A DNA stretch of 64,000 bases from contig OZ244197.1 of the NCBI GenBank assembly GCA_965216785.1, positions 864,001-928,000 on the forward strand, written 5' to 3'. Shown here one piece after another: positions 39,164-49,094 of this stretch; the first letter of the stretch is position 1, and each line of letters starts with the position of its first letter. The stretch comes from Thermodesulfobacteriota bacterium. Lineage in GTDB: Bacteria > Desulfobacterota_D > UBA1144 > Nemesobacterales > UBA2774. A program made the position numbers and the translations under genes. Under the pieces are notes generated by a model. The model was not told the origin of the DNA and did not search any database. It was given only the letters and a program-made list of their open reading frames with translations.

Positions 39164-39589
39164 TCATTTGAGGCTGAGCATAACTTCATTTTCTTTGTCC
39201 CTCATTTCTTCTCTTTCCTTTTTCTTTTTATGATCATATCCGAGTAGATGGAGTATCCCGTGAACGATCAGTTTTTTAATCTCCTCCTCACGCTCCACGC
39301 CGTAGCGCCTGCTGTTGCGCTCGGCTGTATCGAGCGAGATAACCACGTCTCCTAGTAGCGTTGTGCCGGGACCTTCTCCCTGAGGGAACGAAAGTACGTC
39401 TGTTGTACGGTCTATATTTCTGTAGGTACGGTTAAGCTCTCTCATCTTTTCATCCTTAATAAACGATAAAGAAAGCTCGGAGTCTTTAGGAGAGTCCATG
39501 TGCTTTAACACCGAGGCTGAAATTTTTTTAATTTCCCTCTTATAGACTGCTCCAAGCTCCCCTGTTTCATCCAATATCTCTATAATCAT
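39164..39589 (-). CDS. ybeY: rRNA maturation RNase YbeY
   Basis: TDVLSF; HGILHLLGYDH. Confidence 0.96.
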   Translation of the reverse strand: MIIEILDETGELGAVYKREIKKISASVLKHMDSPKDSELSLSFIKDEKMRELNRTYRNIDRTTDVLSFPQGEGPGTTLLGDVVISLDTAERNSRRYGVEREEEIKKLIVHGILHLLGYDHKKKKEREEMRDKENEVMLSLK

Positions 39590-39697
39590 TTTATATATAT
39601 TACTTGTGCCGCGGCTTGCGGGAAATATCTCCTGTTTATCTCAGCGATATGAAAATTTTGGACAGTTCATAAAATTCAGATAAGATTCTAACCATCT

Positions 39698-40288
39698 ATG
39701 AGTAAGAGAAAAGCTAAAGTAGAGAGAAAAACCTCAGAAGTCGATGTCACGGTCGATATAAACCTTGACGGTAAGGGGAAGTACGAGATCAATACGGGCA
39801 TACCGTTTTTTGATCACATGCTTTCGCAGTTCGCAAAACACGGTTATTTCGATCTTAAGATTAAAGCCGTAGGAGACATCGATGTGGACTTCCACCATAC
39901 GGTCGAAGACGTAGGACTTGCGCTAGGCGAGGCCATTCTAAAAGCGCTAGGCGATAAAAAGGGAATCACCCGCTTCGGTGAGGCCACAGTACCTTTTGAC
40001 GAGACTCTCGCGACAACAAATGTTGACCTGAGCGGCAGGCCTTACCTTGTGTTCAAAGCACAAATCCCAAAGAGTAAAGTAGGGGATTTTGATCTTGAGC
40101 TAGCGGAGGAGTTTTTTAAGTCCTTCTCTAACACTCTAATGTGCAATCTCCACATTGAGCTCAAATACGGCGACAACCTTCACCACATGGTAGAGGCCGT
40201 ATTCAAATCCGTTGGGCGCGCGCTCGATAACGCGACCAAGCTCGACCCCCGCTCAAACGAAGTTCCCTCCACAAAGGGCAAGCTCTAA
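39698..40288 (+). CDS. hisB: Imidazoleglycerol-phosphate dehydratase
   Basis: FFDHML, DFHHTVED, NLHHMVEAVFK, PSTKG. Confidence 0.97.
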   Translation: MSKRKAKVERKTSEVDVTVDINLDGKGKYEINTGIPFFDHMLSQFAKHGYFDLKIKAVGDIDVDFHHTVEDVGLALGEAILKALGDKKGITRFGEATVPFDETLATTNVDLSGRPYLVFKAQIPKSKVGDFDLELAEEFFKSFSNTLMCNLHIELKYGDNLHHMVEAVFKSVGRALDNATKLDPRSNEVPSTKGKL

Positions 40289-40291
40289 GCC

Positions 40292-40933
40292 ATGATTGCA
40301 ATAGTTGATTACGGAATGGGTAACCTTAGGAGTGTTAGTAAAGCCTTTGATCTTCAGGGGTTCCCCGTAGTGGTTACAAGAGACGAGGACGTGATAACCA
40401 GCGCGAGCGGGCTTGTTCTGCCCGGAGTAGGTGCGTTCGGAGATTGCGTACGTAATCTGGATGAATACGGGTTAACTGCGCCTATTAAAGAATTTATTGA
40501 TTCGGGAAGACCTTTTCTAGGCATATGCCTCGGTCTGCAAGTTCTCTTTGAAGGGAGTGAAGAATCCCCGGGTGCAAAGGGGTTCGGAGTTTTTAAGGGC
40601 AAGGTCGTCAAGTTCCCTAAGTTTGAGGTTGAGGGACTGAAGGTGCCGCACATGGGTTGGAATGAAATTCTAATTCAAAAAGAGGCGCCTGTTCTTGAGG
40701 GTATACCAGAGAAGAGCTGGTTTTATTTTGTTCATTCCTACTATCCTGCGCCAGAGGACAAAAGGATCATTGCCGTTAAAGCGGATTACGGTATCGAGTT
40801 CACAGCCGCGGTCAGTAAAGAAAATATTTTCGCCTCGCAGTTCCACCCTGAAAAAAGCAGCGATTACGGCCTTAAGATGCTGAGAAATTTTGCCGCCCTA
40901 TGCGGTGAAGAAGCACAAGCAGCCTCTGCCTAA
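40292..40933 (+). CDS. hisH: Imidazole glycerol phosphate synthase glutaminase subunit
   Basis: DYGMGNL, PGVG, GICLG, FVHSY, QFHPEKS. Confidence 0.97.
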   Translation: MIAIVDYGMGNLRSVSKAFDLQGFPVVVTRDEDVITSASGLVLPGVGAFGDCVRNLDEYGLTAPIKEFIDSGRPFLGICLGLQVLFEGSEESPGAKGFGVFKGKVVKFPKFEVEGLKVPHMGWNEILIQKEAPVLEGIPEKSWFYFVHSYYPAPEDKRIIAVKADYGIEFTAAVSKENIFASQFHPEKSSDYGLKMLRNFAALCGEEAQAASA

Positions 40934-43047
40934 TTAACCGGGTATTCCTTATCGGATGCTCCCGGTGATGTGCTCGGGGCAGACTCTGCCGATGCGGGCC
41001 CATATATAGCTTTATATGCTCCGTAGCTGCGCAGAATCCTTCTTATATAATTCCTGGTTTCCCTGAAAGGAACTTCTTCGATGAACTCGTCTTTTTCGAG
41101 ACCGTAAAACCTCACTTTCCAATCCGCCGCCCTGTGAGGCCCCGCGTTGTAGCTTGCGAGCGCAAGCTCCACGTCCCCGTTAAATTTGTCGAGTACCTGC
41201 TTAAAATAGAAAATACCCATCTCAATGTTAATTCGGGGAATTGTTAGCATCTCCACTGTGAAACCGCTTATGCCGATCTGTCTTGCCACGGATCTAGCAG
41301 TCGGTGGTATCAGCTGCATAAGTCCCACGGCGTCAGCCGGAGAGACCACGTCTTTTTGGAAGCGGCTCTCCTCTCTCATAATAGAATAAACCAATAGCTC
41401 GTCCACCCCGTATTTTTTGGCATAGGCCCGCACAATGTCCTTATACCCCCTGGGGAATGAGAGCGTGTTCGCCTGTGGGAGCCCGATTCCCTGAGCGACT
41501 TTTATCGAGTTATTGAAGTCGTCCACCTTAGAGTAAAGGAGACTGACCACAACGAAATCCTCCTGTGTGCTCGCCTCCTCCTGCATCTTCTCGGTTTCGA
41601 GCCTCGCCTCATCGAGCATTCCGAGCCTGATCAGGAGCATCGTCTTTTCTTTCCTTGTGTTTGTGGTTGAGCTAAGCGGTAAAGATTCTGGGTTCATATT
41701 CCGATAATTCGGCCTCGTACCGGTTTTCTGCTGAGCCAGATAGCTGTGATACGTGGGTGTGGTGAGTGCGGCAAGTGCTGTGTATTCGGCCTGCGCTTCA
41801 GTTGTCTTTCCCTGCTTCTCGAGCGTTCTTGCTTTCCAATAGCGGGCGTTAGACGCATTAAATGTAGAGCTTGAGTCTGTAAACGCCGAGAATGTGCCAA
41901 GCGCCTCTCTGTACATACCCTTCCTGTAGTAAATCCAGCCCAGATACCAAGCGCCGTCCTCAGCATATTTATTCTTAGGGTACGTCCTTATCAGCTCGTC
42001 GTATATTTTCACCGCTCGATCCGTGTTGCCGTTTATCTGATACAGTCTCGCGGCGTTGTAGAGCCCTTCCGCCGCAAGCTCGCTTGAGGGGTATTGCACG
42101 TGTATTTGGTAATAGAGTTCTGAAGCCTGGGAATCAAGCCCCTGTTTGGATTTTAATTTTCCTCTCCAGAAAAGTGATTCCGGGGAATTTATACCCCTTA
42201 GCATATTTTCAGCTTCGTTAAGTCTTTTGGTATTGACCATGGCAATACCCATTTTTGTTCTAATGTCCGCAGATTTTGAGGGTACCTTGTCGTAATTGTT
42301 CAGTGCGGCATTCCATCTTGAGCGACTGAAAAGAGTGTTGGCCCTCTGATAATAATCAGACTCTGTTGCCATCCATGCAACCCCCTGAGTCCGGCTCAGG
42401 TTCCCGGAGGCTCTATAAGAGTCGCTCGATGCCTTCGTTTCCGGATATTCTACCCATACCCTCTTATAAATTGCCGAGGCGTCACGGTATTTCCCCTGCT
42501 TTTCCAGTGCGTTGCCGAGACTGTAGAGATACAATGCCTTTTTATGTCTTTTACTCTCCTCACTGTAAAGCGCACGGAAAGTTCTCTCCGCGTTTCCGTA
42601 ATCTCCCGTTTCTGTGTAGATATTCCCGAGTCGCTCAAGGGTTTTTTTATTTACCCCGCTTCCCGGATATTGGGTCAGCACTTTATTGAACGCGGCCGAT
42701 GCGTTGCCAAAATCCCCCATGTTCTGATACCCCGCTCCCTGATAATACAAAATGTAGTCGGCCACAAGCGGAAGCTCGTTCTCGACTCCGTTAAGTCTTG
42801 CGACGCCCTCCTCAAATTTCCCCAATTTTATGAAGCAGTAGCCTTTTTTGAATTTGTCTAAAGGATCTTCAGTCGCCTGAAGATATATCTCGGACTGACA
42901 GTTAATCTGCGCCCCGGCCTCAGACGAATAGGCGCTTATTAACAGGAGTAACAGTATTAATGTCCCTTTTATTGATGGTTCTAAGCTATGCTTCTCTTTC
43001 ATATTCTTGCCTCCCTTTTTAATTTTGCCTCCTGTTTTGCGGGTCAA
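40930..43047 (-). CDS. TPR-containing soluble lytic transglycosylase (start likely 43002)
   Basis: TPR repeats; SLT motifs REES, AVGLMQL, SYNAG and ETRNY. Confidence 0.93.
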   Translation of the reverse strand: MTRKTGGKIKKGGKNMKEKHSLEPSIKGTLILLLLLISAYSSEAGAQINCQSEIYLQATEDPLDKFKKGYCFIKLGKFEEGVARLNGVENELPLVADYILYYQGAGYQNMGDFGNASAAFNKVLTQYPGSGVNKKTLERLGNIYTETGDYGNAERTFRALYSEESKRHKKALYLYSLGNALEKQGKYRDASAIYKRVWVEYPETKASSDSYRASGNLSRTQGVAWMATESDYYQRANTLFSRSRWNAALNNYDKVPSKSADIRTKMGIAMVNTKRLNEAENMLRGINSPESLFWRGKLKSKQGLDSQASELYYQIHVQYPSSELAAEGLYNAARLYQINGNTDRAVKIYDELIRTYPKNKYAEDGAWYLGWIYYRKGMYREALGTFSAFTDSSSTFNASNARYWKARTLEKQGKTTEAQAEYTALAALTTPTYHSYLAQQKTGTRPNYRNMNPESLPLSSTTNTRKEKTMLLIRLGMLDEARLETEKMQEEASTQEDFVVVSLLYSKVDDFNNSIKVAQGIGLPQANTLSFPRGYKDIVRAYAKKYGVDELLVYSIMREESRFQKDVVSPADAVGLMQLIPPTARSVARQIGISGFTVEMLTIPRINIEMGIFYFKQVLDKFNGDVELALASYNAGPHRAADWKVRFYGLEKDEFIEEVPFRETRNYIRRILRSYGAYKAIYGPASAESAPSTSPGASDKEYPVN

Positions 43048-43852
43048 GCAAATCCCTTAGTCCTTCTCCGAAAAGATTAAAAGAAAAAGCGGTAATGAAT
43101 ATTGCCAGGCTCGGAAATACTATCAGGTGCGGAAACGTCCTCATGCCCTGCCAACCGGTACTTGCCAACGTGCCCCAGCTCGATTCGGGGGGCGCGATCC
43201 CAAGGCCCAGGAAACTCAGAGTCGATTCAGCCAGTATAGCGTACGGCACTGAAAATGTAAGCGTTATTATTAGCGGGCTTAGTATATTGGGGATTATATG
43301 TACGCCCAGAATTCTTGAAGGACTTGCGCCGAGCCCCCTCGCCGACTGTACAAAATCCACCCCTTTTAGCTGCAGCACGCTTGCCCTTACTATCCTCGCG
43401 ACGCGCATCCACGCGGTCAGCCCGAGCGCCAGCACTATGCCCAGCACTCCCCTGCCGATAATCAGCGTTATCAGCACTATGAGCAGTAAATCGGGGAGCG
43501 AATAAAATATATCGACGAGCCTCATCATCACCTCGTCCACCTTTCCGCCCAGATACCCGGAAATCGCTCCGTAGAGTGTTCCGATAATAAGCGCAATAAG
43601 CGCCGTCCCGAGCGCTACGGTAATAGACACTCTCGAGCCGTAAATAACCCGGCTGAGCAAGTCCCGTCCCTCTTGGTCTGTACCCATAAGGTTCTCGGAA
43701 CTGGGCTTACTGAGAGCGTTCTTAAAATCCGTCTTGTCGTAACTATAAGGCGCAACCAGGGGTGCAGCTATAGCTATAGCGATGATTAAGATAATAATAG
43801 CTGCCGTAATTACTATCTGAGCCTTTAGAAGCAAGTCAGCTTTCCTTTTCAA
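43019..43852 (-). CDS. Peptide ABC transporter permease (OppC/DppC type)
   Basis: GTDQEGRD; ARGLGAS EAA loop; LSFLGLG. Confidence 0.93.
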   Translation of the reverse strand: MKRKADLLLKAQIVITAAIIILIIAIAIAAPLVAPYSYDKTDFKNALSKPSSENLMGTDQEGRDLLSRVIYGSRVSITVALGTALIALIIGTLYGAISGYLGGKVDEVMMRLVDIFYSLPDLLLIVLITLIIGRGVLGIVLALGLTAWMRVARIVRASVLQLKGVDFVQSARGLGASPSRILGVHIIPNILSPLIITLTFSVPYAILAESTLSFLGLGIAPPESSWGTLASTGWQGMRTFPHLIVFPSLAIFITAFSFNLFGEGLRDLLDPQNRRQN

Positions 43853-43920
43853 TTAGGCTTTGTGGAACCGCACGTTACAAAAGAATAAATGAAAATTTAC
43901 TTAAGTTCGACAGATTTAAG

Positions 43921-44316
43921 CTAAAAACCGGCTTTTCCTTCGCCTTCTCTGTAATAAGTTGCTTTGACTACGGTTTTTATGCCGCCCCTGACGTTAAAAT
44001 CGCCCGTGACCTCGGCCTTAATTGGCCTGCAGGCCTCGACAATATCATCAAGAATTTTATTGGTCACGTGCTCGTGGAACGCGCCTTCGTTACGGTACGC
44101 GTATATATATAGCTTTAGAGACTTAAGCTCAATGCAAAGCTCCCCCGGCACGTACTTAAGATGGATAGTCGCAAAGTCAGGCTGACCCGTCTTGGGGCAA
44201 ACGCAGGTAAATTCAGGGCACGAAATATCTATCTCATATTCTCTATCCGGATATTGGTTCTTAAACGTTTCGAGTATTCCGGCTTGTTTATCCATGTCTC
44301 GTTTTAGTTTAGCCAA
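43921..44316 (-). CDS. queF: PreQ1 synthase (short QueF)
   Basis: [16 protein letters not shown]; ELKSLKLY; FHE; RGGI. Confidence 0.96.
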   Translation of the reverse strand: MAKLKRDMDKQAGILETFKNQYPDREYEIDISCPEFTCVCPKTGQPDFATIHLKYVPGELCIELKSLKLYIYAYRNEGAFHEHVTNKILDDIVEACRPIKAEVTGDFNVRGGIKTVVKATYYREGEGKAGF

Positions 44317-44378
44317 TAAGGGATAGCTATCAAGTACTTGACTGACGGGGGTTTATTATAAATACTAAATCCCTCTAC

Positions 44379-44452
44379 TGGGGCATAGTATAATGGCAGT
44401 ACGTCGGTCTCTGGAACCGAAAGTCAAGGTTCGAATCCTTGTGCCCCAGCCA
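44379..44452 (+). tRNA. tRNA-Gln(CTG)
   Basis: Cloverleaf; anticodon arm TCGGT-CTCTGGA-ACCGA; GTTCGAATC; encoded CCA. Confidence 0.96.
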
Positions 44453-44487
44453 CCTACTCTTGTTTTCAAAATCAGGAGGAAATATAC

Positions 44488-44778
44488 ATGAGCACAGTTC
44501 TTATAGTAGACGCGAAGTTAAAGCCGGAGAGTATTTCAGACGCGGTGAAGTTTTTTGCCGAAATTGTTCCGGACACCAGAGCCTTCGATGGTTGTCAGGG
44601 TGTTGAGGTTTGCATCGATTCAGAAGATGCGGCTAACTTAGTGCTGGTTGAGAAGTGGGTCTCTATGGACCACTATCATAAGTACCACCACTGGCGTGAA
44701 GAAACAGGAGTGCTCGATCAGATACGCGCCTATCTCGACGGGCCCCCCAGCAGACGTGTTCTAAACGTTGCCGCTTAA
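44488..44778 (+). CDS. Antibiotic biosynthesis monooxygenase family protein
   Basis: PDTRAFDGC; LVEKW; YxxWR. Confidence 0.85.
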   Translation: MSTVLIVDAKLKPESISDAVKFFAEIVPDTRAFDGCQGVEVCIDSEDAANLVLVEKWVSMDHYHKYHHWREETGVLDQIRAYLDGPPSRRVLNVAA

Positions 44779-44786
44779 GCTCTCTA

Positions 44787-45176
44787 TCAATTGGTTACGA
44801 TGGGGCTGTAACTCTTTAGGTTTTCTTCGCTTTCAAAGTAATAAATACTTCCGTCGGATGCGGCTCCGATCACTGCCTCTGATTTATCTACTTTGTTCCC
44901 GCTCACAGGGTCTGTGGCAACGCGGCTTTCGGGGTTGTCCTTCAATTTCGCTTCGCACATCTCACAGCATCCGTAGTATGTCTTACCTTCAAGATCAACA
45001 GGTATCTGGTCTTTTACAAACAGCTGGTTTGTAATCATACAAACCTTTTTACCCTCTACTTCTTTGAGGGAGCTCTCGGGAGATTCATCCGCAATCGCGC
45101 TTCCTGTCATAAATAACGCTAGAGCGATAAAGCTCAGTACAAATAGTTTTAGTGTATTGGATTTTTGCATATACAA
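44787..45176 (-). CDS. Secreted YHS/TRASH metal-binding protein
   Basis: Signal peptide; VCM..GKTYYGCCEMC; DPVSG; YYFES. Confidence 0.85.
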   Translation of the reverse strand: MYMQKSNTLKLFVLSFIALALFMTGSAIADESPESSLKEVEGKKVCMITNQLFVKDQIPVDLEGKTYYGCCEMCEAKLKDNPESRVATDPVSGNKVDKSEAVIGAASDGSIYYFESEENLKSYSPIVTN

Positions 45177-45263
45177 TCGCCTCCTTATGAATATATAAAT
45201 CTTAAATGTGTTTTCCCCGTAATCAAGTTCTTTTTAACAAACAAGGGCTTATTTTAACAGTTC

Positions 45264-46244
45264 TTAAATAGATTCAATTCTGACGTTCATTCGCACTCTG
45301 TGTTCTTCTCCGGGCAGGATTGTAACCGTATCTTCATCGACATTTGCCGTTTCTATACATACGAAGTTTTTGTATTCCTCTTCGCCCAGGTCCTTCATTT
45401 CCCGTGACTTTTTCTCCCAGGGGTTCCAGACTACGGTTGAGCTGCTGCCCGATTTTTTTATATGCAAAGACCTCTTGAGGCCCGGGTCTTCTATCACGCA
45501 GTCACTTTGGGTATTTAGATATATCCTGTCAGTTTCACTCACAACACTAAGCGGTCCTTCTTGCCTCTTCGTCGCAAAGTCGTCCACTTTATCTACGTAG
45601 GCAGTGTCCTCAAGACCGCGTATCGAGATATCTGAAATATCGTGCACTCTATAATAGCTGTGAAACGCGCTCGATATAGTAAATTCAGAGCTGCCTATAT
45701 TTATAGTTCTGAGCTCGATATTTAGCTGGCTTCCAATAGTAAATATAAGCTTCAGATAGAATTTGTGTTCAAAGAGCTTAAGGGTATCGTTACTGTTCGT
45801 CAGACCGAGCCTGATCTCGGTTTCACTGTCCGAGGGCTTCTTTGTCTCTCTTACGTGCCACTCTGAAGTCCTTGCAAAGCCATGCGCGGGCATAGACTTA
45901 TCGGTAGGGTGGTTCGCAAACCACGGCCAGCTTATTGGTATACCTCCTCTTATCGCTGCCCCGGGCTCAAAACAACTGCGCGGGCTAAGATAAATAACCT
46001 CCTCCCGCCCTAGTGGTTTAAAAGAGGTTAACTGCGCGCCGTGTAAAAATACCTCAGCCGATGCGCTTTCATTATTTATCTCTGCAACTATAAGCCCGCC
46101 CGGCCCTTCTTTGAACTCCAATTGCCCATTGATGGCAAATTCCTTATTGAGCTTATCCAAACTTTGCATGCATGCTCTCCAATCTACGTCTTTACTTAGA
46201 GTATTTAAATTACTCAAGCCCCATTCTATTGTCCATCGGGCCAT
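45264..46244 (-). CDS. D-hexose-6-phosphate mutarotase (start likely ~46169)
   Basis: AIRGGIPISWPWF; HGFAR; HSY; VVWNPW; FVCIE. Confidence 0.93.
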   Translation of the reverse strand: MARWTIEWGLSNLNTLSKDVDWRACMQSLDKLNKEFAINGQLEFKEGPGGLIVAEINNESASAEVFLHGAQLTSFKPLGREEVIYLSPRSCFEPGAAIRGGIPISWPWFANHPTDKSMPAHGFARTSEWHVRETKKPSDSETEIRLGLTNSNDTLKLFEHKFYLKLIFTIGSQLNIELRTINIGSSEFTISSAFHSYYRVHDISDISIRGLEDTAYVDKVDDFATKRQEGPLSVVSETDRIYLNTQSDCVIEDPGLKRSLHIKKSGSSSTVVWNPWEKKSREMKDLGEEEYKNFVCIETANVDEDTVTILPGEEHRVRMNVRIESI

Positions 46245-46332
46245 CTTTTGAACTTTATCTAAAAAAGTAGTAGTATCTCAACAGTAAATATGGTGATTAC
46301 TCATATATACCCAAAGTTAGGAGGATAAAGTT

Positions 46333-46590
46333 ATGGAAATCATTTCCTGGATTATTTTCGGTTTGGTTGCAGGCGCTGTCGCAAAGTTTTTAATGCCCGG
46401 GAGAGACCCCGGAGGGTTTATCGGTACTATAGTCATTGGCGTAGTAGGCGCCTTTGTCGGCGGTTTGATAGCCAATATGACAGGATTCGGAGCAGTGAGT
46501 CCGGGTTTTAACCTGAGGAGCTTCATTTTCGCCGTAATCGGCTCAATAATACTCCTTTTCGTTTATAGGCTGGTTAAAGGAAAATCGTAA
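46333..46590 (+). CDS. GlsB/YeaQ/YmgE transglycosylase-associated membrane protein
   Basis: WIIFGLVAGAVAKFLMPG; GVVGAFVGG. Confidence 0.93.
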   Translation: MEIISWIIFGLVAGAVAKFLMPGRDPGGFIGTIVIGVVGAFVGGLIANMTGFGAVSPGFNLRSFIFAVIGSIILLFVYRLVKGKS

Positions 46591-46626
46591 TTAGTTTCTA
46601 CTTTGTACCTATAGCAGAAAAGTTAT

Positions 46627-47385
46627 ATGCCTAGACTAAACCGGATAACGGAATTTCTGGACAAATACCTCGCAATCGATGACATCGACGACACGTGCTG
46701 GAACGGCCTTCAGTTTGAAGGCAGGTCCGAGGTAAAGAAGATAGCATGCGCAGTAGATGCGGGGGTTGAGTCATTCGAATGCGCAGTTAAAGAGAATGCC
46801 GATATGTTAATCGTTCACCACGGGCATTTCTGGAGCAATCATGACCCATCCATTAGAGGATGGACCAAAGATAGGATTGACCACCTTTACGAAAACGGAC
46901 TTTCTCTATACGCATGCCACCTGCCGCTTGACCGGCATAGGGAGGTTGGGAATAACTCTGAGCTCCTTAAGTTGCTGGGTGCCAAAATTGTGGACGGGTT
47001 TCTTATGCAAAACGGTAAAAATATAGGATGGACTGGTAATTTTAAGGAAGCTGTGCCGGTCCTGGATATAGTCAGAAAACTGAACTCAGAGCTCAAAACA
47101 CAGTGCGTGTTTCTTCCTTTCGGTAATAAAAAAGTTAAATCTCTGGCAGTATGCAGCGGTGGCGGCGGTTACGGGGGGTTTTATGAAGCGCTTCGGGCCG
47201 GAGTGGATTTATTCCTCACCGGGGACGCGGTTGAAATTTACTACACCGCTAAAGACTCGGGTATGAACGTCATTTTCGCAGGGCACCACGCAACCGAAAC
47301 AGTAGGTCTAAAAGCCCTATCCAAAGTGCTCAGGAAGCGTTTTAAGGTAGAAACCGTTTTCATTGATCTGCCCACAGGGTTGTAG
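46627..47385 (+). CDS. Nif3-like dinuclear metal centre protein
   Basis: NGLQFEG; VHHG; HLPLD; AGHHATE. Confidence 0.94.
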   Translation: MPRLNRITEFLDKYLAIDDIDDTCWNGLQFEGRSEVKKIACAVDAGVESFECAVKENADMLIVHHGHFWSNHDPSIRGWTKDRIDHLYENGLSLYACHLPLDRHREVGNNSELLKLLGAKIVDGFLMQNGKNIGWTGNFKEAVPVLDIVRKLNSELKTQCVFLPFGNKKVKSLAVCSGGGGYGGFYEALRAGVDLFLTGDAVEIYYTAKDSGMNVIFAGHHATETVGLKALSKVLRKRFKVETVFIDLPTGL

Positions 47386-47488
47386 AAATTACTCGCCGCC
47401 TCTACAACGCATGTAATACCCCGTAAACAATTGACAAAACCTATAGCTACTCTTAGACTATCTGATTAACCAAGCGGAGGCGTAAGAA

Positions 47489-49039
47489 ATGAGCAGCGAC
47501 AACGTTGTAAAGATATTTGATACCACTTTAAGAGACGGAGAGCAGGCCCCGGGCTGCGGGATGACCGCGGAAGAAAAGCTCAGGGTAGCGCACCAGCTCG
47601 AAAAGCTAGGAGTCGATATCATCGAGGCCGGTTTCCCGATCTCCTCGGAAGGGGATTTCCAATCCGTTAAGATCATCGCGGATACCATCCGCGGGTGCGA
47701 GATCGCGGGTTTATGCCGCGCCAATTATAACGATATAGACAGGGGCTGGGAAGCGGTGAAAGGGGCCGAGATGCCGAGGATTCACACCTTTATCGCTACC
47801 TCCGACATACATCTTCAGCATAAGCTGAAAAAATCAAAAGATGAAGTGCTCGAGATCATTAGCGGCGCCGTAAAGCACGCGCGTAACTACACGGAAAATG
47901 TCGAGTTCTCTTGTGAGGACGCAACCAGGACAGATCTTGACTATCTTTGCCAGGCCGTAGAGCTTGCTGTGAGAGCAGGGGCCTCTACTATAAATATCCC
48001 GGACACCGTGGGCTACACTGTGCCCGAGGAATTTGTTCACATCATCAGAACCCTTAAAGAGAGAGTTAAGGATATAGATAAAGTCACATTAAGCGTGCAT
48101 TGCCATAACGACTTGGGTCTTGCAGTAGCGAACTCGCTTGCCGCGATAACTGAGGGCGCAAGACAAGTCGAGTGTACTATTAACGGGCTCGGAGAAAGGG
48201 CGGGCAACGCTTCCCTTGAAGAGATTGTAATGGCGCTTAAGGTCAGAAACGACATGAACCCCTATACCACGAGGCTATCGACCGAGCAGCTTTACCCTTC
48301 CAGTAGAATAGTTTCACAGGTAACGGGCATAAACGTCCAGCCCAATAAAGCCATTGTCGGTGCAAACGCCTTTGCGCATGAAGCTGGCATCCATCAGGAC
48401 GGAGTGCTAAAGGAAAGAATCACCTACGAGATAATGAGCCCCGAAGAAGTGGGCATACCATCAAACAAAATTGTGCTCGGAAAACACTCCGGGCGGCACG
48501 CCTTCAGGACCAGGCTCGAAGAGTACGGGTATTTCCTTGAAGACGAACCTTTTAAAAACGCGTTTAAAAAGTTTAAGGATCTTGCGGACAAGAAAAAGTA
48601 CGTATTCGATGAGGATATAGAAGCCCTCATAAGTGAGGAATTCGTTCGCTCATCCGATTTCTACGAACTTGTTTCGGCAAACTACTCCGGAGGCTCGGAC
48701 ATGCACCCGGTGGCAACTGTAAAGCTCCGTGTGGACGGTGAGGAGTTTACGCTTTCTGAGAGCGGTGACGGTCCTGTTGACGCCGCCTACCAGGCGGTTT
48801 CAAAGCTTACCGGTCTTAACCCGACGCTTGAGCACTACATCGTAGCATCCATTACCGAAGGCATCGATGCGCAGGGTGAAGTGAGCGTAAGGGTCGAGGA
48901 CGAAGGTGTCATAACTCAGGGGCAGGGCGCAGATACCGACATCGTCGTCGCAAGCGTAAAAGCCTATGTAAACGCTTTGAATAAGCTCAGGTGGCGTAAA
49001 GAGCACCCCAAACGCGTAACTTCCAGGGGCATGATGTAA
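47489..49039 (+). CDS. leuA: 2-isopropylmalate synthase
   Basis: DTTLRDGEQ; HCHNDLG; GERAGN; HEAGIHQDG; regulatory domain. Confidence 0.96.
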   Translation: MSSDNVVKIFDTTLRDGEQAPGCGMTAEEKLRVAHQLEKLGVDIIEAGFPISSEGDFQSVKIIADTIRGCEIAGLCRANYNDIDRGWEAVKGAEMPRIHTFIATSDIHLQHKLKKSKDEVLEIISGAVKHARNYTENVEFSCEDATRTDLDYLCQAVELAVRAGASTINIPDTVGYTVPEEFVHIIRTLKERVKDIDKVTLSVHCHNDLGLAVANSLAAITEGARQVECTINGLGERAGNASLEEIVMALKVRNDMNPYTTRLSTEQLYPSSRIVSQVTGINVQPNKAIVGANAFAHEAGIHQDGVLKERITYEIMSPEEVGIPSNKIVLGKHSGRHAFRTRLEEYGYFLEDEPFKNAFKKFKDLADKKKYVFDEDIEALISEEFVRSSDFYELVSANYSGGSDMHPVATVKLRVDGEEFTLSESGDGPVDAAYQAVSKLTGLNPTLEHYIVASITEGIDAQGEVSVRVEDEGVITQGQGADTDIVVASVKAYVNALNKLRWRKEHPKRVTSRGMM

Positions 49040-49094
49040 GGCTTCTAAAAAACTTCACATCTTCATCCCATATGATGATATAATTCCTTTGTGA